In this document: piece by piece, positions 35,096 to 41,095 of the stretch
Layout of the letters: each line of letters begins with the position of its first letter
Position numbering within the stretch: position 1 is the stretch's first letter
Made by a program: the position numbers and the translations under genes
Source of the DNA: Anaerolineaceae bacterium
GTDB taxonomy: Bacteria; Chloroflexota; Anaerolineae; Anaerolineales; UBA11579
NCBI GenBank assembly: GCA_900299355.1
Contig: OMJR01000036.1
Location: 1-41,095 of the forward strand
Direction: 5' to 3'
DNA: 41,095 bases
Notes under the pieces: model-generated
Told to the model about the DNA's origin: nothing
Database searches by the model: none
The model's input: the letters and a program-made list of their open reading frames with translations, nothing else

Positions 35096-36214
35096 ATGAC
35101 CAATCACAATCAGACTGAATCATTTGCTCGTATCAAAGTGGTGGGCGTGGGCGGCGGCGGCTGCAATGCCGTCAACCGCATGATTACCGAAGGCTTGGGC
35201 GGCATTGAGTTCATCGCGGTCAACACCGACGCGCAGGCTCTGCTGCTCTCCGACGCGCCCGTCCGGGTGCGCATCGGCGACAAGCTCACCCGCGGCCTGG
35301 GCTCCGGCGGCGACCCCGAGGTGGGGCGCAAGGCCGCCGAAGAATCGGCCGATGAGTTGTATGAAGTGCTCAAGGGTTCCGACATGGTGTTTGTCACCGC
35401 CGGCATCGGCGGCGGCACCGGCACTGGCGCCGCCCCGGTGGTGGCCCAGATTGCCCGCGAGATTGGCGCACTGACCATCGGCGTGGGGACGCGCCCGTTC
35501 ACTTTCGAGGGCACCCGCCGCGGCCAATCGGCCGAGGGCGGTATCGCGCGCCTCAAGGAACAGGTCGACACCCTGATTGTGATTCCCAACGACCGCCTGC
35601 TGCAGGTGGTCGAGACGCGCAGCAGCCTCAGCTCGGCCTTCAAGGTGGCCGACGATGTGTTGCGCCAGGGCATCCAGGGTATCTCCGAACTCATCACTAT
35701 CCCCGGTTTGATCAACCTGGACTTCGCCGATGTGCGCACGATTATGTCCGAGGGCGGCGCAGCGCTGATGGCGGTCGGCAAGGCCACCGGCGAGAACCGC
35801 GCGGCCGAAGCGGCCGAGATGGCGATTACCAGCAAGCTGCTGGATATCACCATCGATGGCGCTCGCGGCATCCTGTTCAACGTGACCGGCGGGCCGGACC
35901 TCTCACTCTTTGAGGTCAATGAAGCGGCCGCAATCATCAAGGAAACCGCGCACCCGGATGTGAACCTGATCTTCGGCGCCGTGATCGATCCCGATATGGG
36001 CGATGAACTGCGCATCACCGTGATCGCCACCGGCTTCGACAAGAAAGGCATGCCCCGCCGCATGCTGCGCACCCGCCAGGACGGCAAGGGCCAGGAAGGT
36101 CCGCGCCAGGATGCGCACGCCGAGGCCGAGGACCAGGCCGAGATGCAGCCCGCCAACCTCAACCTGGAAGACTTGGATATCCCCACCTTCCTGCGCAAGC
36201 GGGTTGGCAAGTAG
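35096..36214 (+). CDS. ftsZ: Cell-division GTPase FtsZ
   Basis: [30 protein letters not shown] and C-terminal DIPTFLRK peptide. ATG 35096 has GGAGG 5 nt upstream. In-frame ATGs at 35042 and 35084 are alternatives. Confidence 0.94.
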   Translation: MTNHNQTESFARIKVVGVGGGGCNAVNRMITEGLGGIEFIAVNTDAQALLLSDAPVRVRIGDKLTRGLGSGGDPEVGRKAAEESADELYEVLKGSDMVFVTAGIGGGTGTGAAPVVAQIAREIGALTIGVGTRPFTFEGTRRGQSAEGGIARLKEQVDTLIVIPNDRLLQVVETRSSLSSAFKVADDVLRQGIQGISELITIPGLINLDFADVRTIMSEGGAALMAVGKATGENRAAEAAEMAITSKLLDITIDGARGILFNVTGGPDLSLFEVNEAAAIIKETAHPDVNLIFGAVIDPDMGDELRITVIATGFDKKGMPRRMLRTRQDGKGQEGPRQDAHAEAEDQAEMQPANLNLEDLDIPTFLRKRVGK

Positions 36215-36283
36215 CGCTTTTGACGTAGACCTCCTCCTTTTGAGTGTGCATGTGGTCTGTTCCTCCACAGACCGATGCTTACC

Positions 36284-36317
36284 CCGGCCCGAGTGCGCAC
36301 TCGGGCCGGACCTTTTA
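36284..36317 (+). terminator. Rho-independent terminator at the end of the dcw cluster
   Basis: Perfect 26-nt palindrome CCGGCCCGAGTGCGCACTCGGGCCGG, followed 3 nt later by TTTT. Confidence 0.72.
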
Positions 36318-36391
36318 ACCCTCGAGCCCTACGCGAATCCGACGCGCACCTTAAAGTTTTGATAGCTGGGGTGGTTTAAGCCGCAATCCGC

Positions 36392-36420
36392 TTGCATGCC
36401 CTTGACCCGCATGCTAGAAT
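36392..36420 (+). promoter_or_regulatory. Candidate nrdR-nrdJ promoter
   Basis: TTGCAT (36392-36397), 17-nt spacer, TAGAAT (36415-36420), with TGC immediately upstream (extended -10-like). Confidence 0.6.
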
Positions 36421-36432
36421 GGCGAACCTTTT

Positions 36433-36478
36433 ACCCAACATATAGGGGTACTTCGGTACCACCCCCCAGATTTTGGGG
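36433..36478 (+). promoter_or_regulatory. Candidate tandem NrdR boxes (box 2 doubles as a hairpin followed by a T-tract)
   Basis: ACCCAACATATAGGGG (36433-36448) matches 12/16 of the NrdR-box consensus as I recall it. CCCCCAGATTTTGGGG (36463-36478) matches 9/16 of the consensus and 11/16 of box 1. Confidence 0.4.
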
Positions 36479-36505
36479 GTTTTGTTTTGAAGTCGAGGTG
36501 TGCGC

Positions 36506-36964
36506 ATGCTCTGCCCGATTTGCCGGGACAACGAGATAGAAGGCACCAAGGTGATTGACACCACGCACGATGCGCGGGGTGGCATCCGCCGGCGACGGGA
36601 ATGCAAGCAGTGCGGCCAACGCTTCAGCACCTATGAGCGCCCGATTCTGGCCGCGCCCCTGATAATCAAACAGGATGGCACCCGCGAGGAATTCGACCGC
36701 GACAAGCTGATGCGCGGCGTCAAGCTGGCCTGTGTGAAGCTTCCGGTCTCCGTGGAAGAGATTGAGCGCCTGGTGGGTGAAGTGGAAGCCCAATTGCAGC
36801 AAACGGAAAAGCCGGAAGTCGAGTCGCGCGTGGTGGGGGATTTGGTTATCGCCGGCCTCAAGGACTTGCACGAAATTGCCTATATCCGTTTCGCCCTGGT
36901 GTACTTGGGGCTGGACGATTTGCACGCCATTCGCAAAGAGGTAGATACCCTTATCGAAGGCTAA
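36506..36964 (+). CDS. nrdR: Transcriptional repressor NrdR
   Basis: CPIC...[12 protein letters not shown] zinc ribbon plus ATP-cone ([13 protein letters not shown]). GTG 36500 is an alternative start. Confidence 0.93.
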   Translation: MLCPICRDNEIEGTKVIDTTHDARGGIRRRRECKQCGQRFSTYERPILAAPLIIKQDGTREEFDRDKLMRGVKLACVKLPVSVEEIERLVGEVEAQLQQTEKPEVESRVVGDLVIAGLKDLHEIAYIRFALVYLGLDDLHAIRKEVDTLIEG

Positions 36965-37047
36965 ACGTTAAACGGCGCTGCGCTGTCCCGCACGGCAGCG
37001 GCGCTCATTTCGTCTCGCTACTCAGCGCCAATGTAGAGGAGAACATC

Positions 37048-39618
37048 ATGTTGAAGCAAGCCAAAGCCCCCCAAACCAAAGCCGACAGCGGCCTGTTGCC
37101 GACCCCGGATATGCCCAAGGGTCTGCCCAAGGTTGAACTCAGCGAGAATTCGCTGCAGGTCTTTTCGCGACGCTACATGCGCCGCGGCCCGGATGGCCAG
37201 CCCGTGGAACAAGTGGAGGACACCTATTGGCGCGTGGCATACCACGTGGGCAAGGTGGAGGAAAAGTGGGGCGGCGATCCGCTGAAAGCGGCGGAAGGCT
37301 TCTATCGCATGCTGGGAGCGAAGCAGTTCACACCCAATTCGCCGACCTTTACCGGCGCGGGCACGCCCATCGGCCAGCTGGCGGCCTGCTTCGTGCTGCC
37401 GATTAGTGACGACATGGGCCGCGCAGCCAGCGGCATCTTCCAGACCCTGCGGGATGCGGCTCTGATTCAGCAGACCGGCGGCGGCAACGGCTTCGCCTTC
37501 TCGCGGCTGCGACCACAGAAAGCGCTGGTGAAGACCAGCGCCGGGCGCGCCACCGGCCCGGTGGGCTTCCTACGCGTATATGATGAAGCCTTTGGCGAGA
37601 TTGCCCAGGGCGGCACCCGCCGCGGGGCCAATATGGCCGTGCTGCGCGTGGACCACCCGGATGTGGAAGATTTCATTAGCTGCAAGACCAACGAGAACGC
37701 GATTACCAACTTCAATATTTCGGTCGGCATCACGGACGCTTTTATGCAGGCGGTGCGCGAAGACGCTGACTGGGACCTGCGCTTCGTGGATGTCAGCGAC
37801 CCGGCCACCAAGGGCTTCGATGGCACGCTGGAGCAGGCCGAGGCCGCCGGATTGCCGATTGTGACCCACAAGACGGTTAACGCCCGCGAACTGTTCAACA
37901 AGATTGTGACCCAGGCGCACCACAACGGTGAGCCGGGCCTGCTGTTCCTGGATGCGGCCAACCGCGACAACCCCGTGCCGCACCTGTATCCGCTGGAGGC
38001 GACCAACCCCTGCGGCGAGCAGTGGCTGGGCCCATACGAGAATTGCTGCCTGGGCTCGATTAATTTGGCCGAGCACTTGGGCGAAGACGGCGGCGTGGAT
38101 TGGGACAAGCTGCGCGACACAATTGTGCTCAGCACGCGCTTCCTGGATGACGTGGTGGAGGAAAATGCCTACGTGCCGGCGGTGCCCCAATTGAAGAAGG
38201 CGGCTCACACCGCGCGCCGCATCGGCCTGGGCATCATGGGCCTGGCCGACCTGCTGTACCATGTGGGGGTGCGCTACGGCTCGGCTGAGGCTCAGGAGTT
38301 CTCGGCACAAGTAATGGAATTTGTGCGCTACCATGCCATGCTGACCAGCGTTGAGATGGCCAAAGAGCGCGGCCCCTTCGAGGCGATTGAGGGCAGCATT
38401 TACGACCCGCAGAATTTGACCTGGACCCCGCCGCAGCCGCTGGAAGCCTACACGACTGATTTCGGCCGCCCGGCGATTGAGTGGCAGCAGGTGGTGGACG
38501 GTATCCTGCGCCACGGCATCCGCAATGCGGCCCAGACCACCATTGCGCCGACCGGCACGATTGCTACGATTTCGGGCTGCGAAGGCTATGGCTGTGAACC
38601 GGTCTTCGCGTTGGCCTACCTGCGCCATGTGAACGACCAGGGCAAGGACTTGACCCTGACCTACACCAGCCCGCTGTTTGAGCGCGCGCTGGACGACAGC
38701 GGGCTGGATGCCGAGACGCGTGAGCGCGTTATCGGCCAGGTGTTGGAGAGCGGCAGCTGCCAGCACGTAGACGAGTTGCCGGAGGAAATCCGCAACGTCT
38801 TCGTGGTCTCCAGCGATATCAGCGCCGAAGAACACGTGCGCATGCAGGGCGCTTTGCAGGCCTTCTTGGATAACTCGCTCTCCAAGACGGTCAATTTCCC
38901 GGCTGGCGCCACCGAAGAGGATGTGGCCACCGCCTACCAGTTGGCATGGGAGTTGGGCTGCAAGGGCATTACGGTCTACGTGACCGGCTCGCGCGAGGTG
39001 GTCGTCCTGGAAACGCACGCTACCGCCAAGTCCAAAGAGGGCGATGCCGAGGCCGGCGCGGTGCTATGGAATGAAACTAAACGAGCGCGCCCCAGCGTGC
39101 TGCGCGGCAGCACCCACAAGGTGGAGACCCCGTTGGGCCGCGCCTTCGTGACCATCAACGAGAACGGCGACAACCAGCCTTTTGAGGCCTTCATCACTAC
39201 CGCCAAGGCCGGCTCCGAGACCGCGGCTTACTCCGAGGCCATCGGGCGCCTGGTGTCCTACGTGCTGCGCCTCAGCTCCCCGGTGGAGCCGCGCCAGCGC
39301 CTTAAGGAAATCCACCGCCAACTGCTGGGCATCGGCGGCGACCGCCAATCGGGCTTCGGCCCCAACCGCGTGCGCAGCCTGCCCGACGGCGTGGCGCAAG
39401 CCCTGGGCGAATACCTGGAGACTTCGGCCCACCCGGTTGAATTCGGCAATGGGCACAGCAACGGTCATAGCGAACTGGCCGCCAGCGAACCAGCTACCGA
39501 GGCGCCAGCCGCCGCGCCCAGCGCGATTGGTGAACTGTGCCCCGAGTGCGGCAACGCCAGCCTGGTCAACGAGGAAGGCTGCCGCAAGTGCTATGGGTGC
39601 GGGTTTAGCGAGTGCTGA
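37048..39618 (+). CDS. nrdJ: Class II (adenosylcobalamin-dependent) ribonucleotide reductase
   Basis: [18 protein letters not shown] active-site cysteine region, TIAPTGT, and a C-terminal CPECG...[12 protein letters not shown] zinc finger. AGAGGAG SD. Confidence 0.92.
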   Translation: MLKQAKAPQTKADSGLLPTPDMPKGLPKVELSENSLQVFSRRYMRRGPDGQPVEQVEDTYWRVAYHVGKVEEKWGGDPLKAAEGFYRMLGAKQFTPNSPTFTGAGTPIGQLAACFVLPISDDMGRAASGIFQTLRDAALIQQTGGGNGFAFSRLRPQKALVKTSAGRATGPVGFLRVYDEAFGEIAQGGTRRGANMAVLRVDHPDVEDFISCKTNENAITNFNISVGITDAFMQAVREDADWDLRFVDVSDPATKGFDGTLEQAEAAGLPIVTHKTVNARELFNKIVTQAHHNGEPGLLFLDAANRDNPVPHLYPLEATNPCGEQWLGPYENCCLGSINLAEHLGEDGGVDWDKLRDTIVLSTRFLDDVVEENAYVPAVPQLKKAAHTARRIGLGIMGLADLLYHVGVRYGSAEAQEFSAQVMEFVRYHAMLTSVEMAKERGPFEAIEGSIYDPQNLTWTPPQPLEAYTTDFGRPAIEWQQVVDGILRHGIRNAAQTTIAPTGTIATISGCEGYGCEPVFALAYLRHVNDQGKDLTLTYTSPLFERALDDSGLDAETRERVIGQVLESGSCQHVDELPEEIRNVFVVSSDISAEEHVRMQGALQAFLDNSLSKTVNFPAGATEEDVATAYQLAWELGCKGITVYVTGSREVVVLETHATAKSKEGDAEAGAVLWNETKRARPSVLRGSTHKVETPLGRAFVTINENGDNQPFEAFITTAKAGSETAAYSEAIGRLVSYVLRLSSPVEPRQRLKEIHRQLLGIGGDRQSGFGPNRVRSLPDGVAQALGEYLETSAHPVEFGNGHSNGHSELAASEPATEAPAAAPSAIGELCPECGNASLVNEEGCRKCYGCGFSEC

Positions 39619-39640
39619 CGGAATGAGCTTTAAAGTGAAA

Positions 39641-39670
39641 GTGGAGGCCAGGTTTGGCCTCCACTTTTTG
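39641..39670. terminator. Bidirectional rho-independent terminator
   Basis: GTGGAGGCCA-ggtt-TGGCCTCCAC followed by TTTTT and preceded by an A-rich run; it lies between convergent nrdJ and the DUF805 gene. Confidence 0.82.
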
Positions 39671-39686
39671 CTATTAAGTGCTTTAA

Positions 39687-40052
39687 CTACCTATCTATTG
39701 GTCCATAGGGACTCGGGCCATACTTGTTAGTGAAAGGTTTCCCCGGTTGAGAAAGTTGATAAAGTAGAACCAAATTTAGGATCGGAATGAAAGCAATCAA
39801 TACGTACCAACCGCTTTTGCCTAAGTCATGTATTCGACGGAAAAGAACGGCCCACATTGGGATAAAGGTCAGAATGGCAAAGATAGCGCTTAACCATTCA
39901 ACAAGCAAATTCTGGTAGCCGAAATATTCTGAGAGATAGAAGAGCAGAAAATAAAGTAGAGTATTAACTCCGTAGAAGGCCAGAAATTCTTCGCGACTAG
40001 CTCGCCCGGAGAAATTGATGTAATTTCTTAATGCGTTGAAGTAAAGTTCCAT
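39687..40052 (-). CDS. DUF805-family small membrane protein, AT-rich
   Basis: FSGRASREEF...RRIHDLGKSGWY...NKYGP pattern. AGGAGG SD before ATG 40052. G+C is 22/60 at 39721-39780. Confidence 0.8.
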   Translation of the reverse strand: MELYFNALRNYINFSGRASREEFLAFYGVNTLLYFLLFYLSEYFGYQNLLVEWLSAIFAILTFIPMWAVLFRRIHDLGKSGWYVLIAFIPILNLVLLYQLSQPGKPFTNKYGPSPYGPIDR

Positions 40053-40263
40053 GTTTCCTCCTTGGTTTGTGTATGTCGGTAACAATACCTCAAGTTCTGC
40101 TGGTTAGCTTAGAAATTGCCATGCTCAAAAAAACAACTGTCATAACTCTCGCAGCGCTGTATCTAACACTGATGTCCCCATCCTTGGCCGGCTTACGCCG
40201 CGGCGTAGGACCACCAGAAACCAGATATGCTTGCTACTCACTAGCTGAAACCTGATAGCTGAG

Positions 40264-40397
40264 AGCCAGCCACCTGCATTACAATCCTTCCATGCCCACC
40301 TCCACCGAAACCCGCCACGTGATCGCCGTGCAAGACCTGGCCGCCAGCGCCGCCCACTACCGCGATGTGCTCGGCTTTGACCTGCACGATTTCGCAC
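40264..40397 (+). repeat. Copy 1 of a 698-bp-period tandem duplication (5' region plus first codons of the VOC gene)
   Basis: 129/134 nt are identical to 40962-41095 by direct alignment. Confidence 0.9.
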
Positions 40398-40657
40398 ATG
40401 GTTGGCAAATCTTCAAGCTAGGCGCCTTCGTGATCCAGGCGGGCGAGTGCCGCGACGAAGTGCCCGCCGCCGACACCGGCGACCATTCCTATTTTGCTTA
40501 CGTGGAAGTGGACGATATTGATGCCTACTTTGCGCGGGTGCAGGCGCCCGGCGCCCGGCTGCGCAAGACGCTGCGCGACGAATCGTGGGGTATGCGCGAA
40601 TTCGCGGTCGAGACGATTGACGGCCACCGGATTATGTTTGGGATGGAGATCGAGTAG
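40292..40657 (+). CDS. VOC (glyoxalase/bleomycin-resistance) family protein
   Basis: 121 aa. It has the IAVQDLAASAAHYRDVLGF beta-alpha-beta start and C-terminal ESWGMREFAVETIDGHRIMFG, typical of small VOC proteins. Confidence 0.78.
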   Translation: MPTSTETRHVIAVQDLAASAAHYRDVLGFDLHDFAHGWQIFKLGAFVIQAGECRDEVPAADTGDHSYFAYVEVDDIDAYFARVQAPGARLRKTLRDESWGMREFAVETIDGHRIMFGMEIE

Positions 40658-40961
40658 GTTGCGGCTACGAGGCAATCTGCTCATTGGGCAGGAGAACGTC
40701 TTATCCAATCAGGGGAGTGATTGCTATTCTTTTTGCGGGGCTGCTCGCCCCGCACCCCGCTGGGGGACGACTCTGCGTCCCCCAGACCCCCAATTGAGTT
40801 TACAGAAGATGTGTAGCCATCACCAGGGATGGGCAAGGTGGACCAGATCTTAATAGCACTACTCGAATTGGATTGGGAACGAAGATCGGGATAGCTACCT
40901 CCCGATTCCTGATCCTAATCACTAATCACTAGCCGCTGACGGCTAACAGCTAATATCTAAC

Positions 40962-41095
40962 AGCCAGCCACCTGCATTACAATCCTTGCATGCCCACCGC
41001 CACCGAAACCCGCCACGTAATCGCCGTGCAGGATCTGGCCGCCAGCGCCGCCCACTACCGCGATGTGCTCGGCTTTGACCTGCACGATTTCGCAC
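40962..41095 (+). repeat. Copy 2 of the tandem duplication, cut by the window edge
   Basis: See copy 1. There are five substitutions: one upstream of the ATG, one Ser-to-Ala change, and three synonymous. Confidence 0.9.
40990..41095 (+). CDS. Second VOC family paralog, 3' end outside window
   Basis: MPTATETRHVIAVQDLAASAAHYRDVLGFDLHDFA is near-identical to the start of the 40292 gene. Confidence 0.75.
   Translation, partial: MPTATETRHVIAVQDLAASAAHYRDVLGFDLHDFA

Noticed and set aside
33747-36300. Two long - strand ORFs (33747..34967 and 35110..36300) antisense to ftsA and ftsZ
   Set aside because: FtsA and FtsZ signatures are on the + strand. The antisense products are low-complexity with no start-site support.
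36971-37010. Terminator between nrdR and nrdJ
   Set aside because: There is only a 6-bp stem (CGCTGC/GCAGCG) with a 13-nt loop and a poor T-run, too weak to call. nrdR-nrdJ is treated as one operon.
36421-37047. Cobalamin riboswitch controlling nrdR/nrdJ
   Set aside because: The leaders are too short (about 80 nt each) for a B12 aptamer, and I see no B12-box-like sequence. B12 riboswitches normally control B12-independent RNRs, not nrdJ.
37570-39018. 482-aa - strand ORF inside nrdJ
   Set aside because: The + strand encodes a contiguous class II RNR with the active-site NPCGE motif, so the antisense ORF is a compositional artefact.
40067-40255. 62-aa + strand ORF with a signal-peptide-like stretch (MLKKTTVITLAALYLTLMSPSLAG)
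   Set aside because: It has no SD and no recognisable domain, and it lies in the AT-rich 5' region of the DUF805 gene. Coding cannot be supported from sequence alone.

Overview
This is a 41.1-kb window from a high-G+C bacterial chromosome. Gene order and the GC-rich palindromic intergenic elements suggest a Chloroflexota-like organism, but that is inference only. The window is almost entirely core genome. On the + strand it holds the tail of the ribosomal alpha operon (rpsK-rpsD-rpoA-rplQ), truA, rplM-rpsI and a YabN-type methylase-MazG fusion. On the - strand it holds recA-recX-rny. Further + strand genes are maeB, an LMW phosphotyrosine phosphatase, a fructosamine kinase, a GNAT-fold/polysaccharide-deacetylase pair, a complete dcw cluster (mraZ to ftsZ, 19.0-36.2 kb) and an nrdR-nrdJ operon. 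Accessory content is small. It comprises one AT-rich orphan PD-(D/E)xK nuclease gene abutting a DUF1684-LRR operon, one AT-rich DUF805 gene, and a tandemly duplicated VOC/glyoxalase gene at the right edge. I found no tRNA, rRNA, CRISPR array, transposase or integrase, and no convincing multi-gene novel system. The most interesting items are: (1) a 53-codon ORF below the ORF-track cutoff, translationally coupled between murC and murB; (2) a CvpA-family membrane gene inside the dcw cluster, which also lacks murE; (3) a 9-bp-periodic inverted heptamer array upstream of the MazG fusion; (4) a heavily structured recA-recX spacer; (5) the orphan nuclease islet; (6) a GNAT/deacetylase pair just upstream of mraZ. 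Several ORF-track starts were moved downstream, or in one case upstream to a CTG, on homology, Shine-Dalgarno (SD) and overlap grounds. Nothing was searched against databases; all product calls rest on motifs I recognise.
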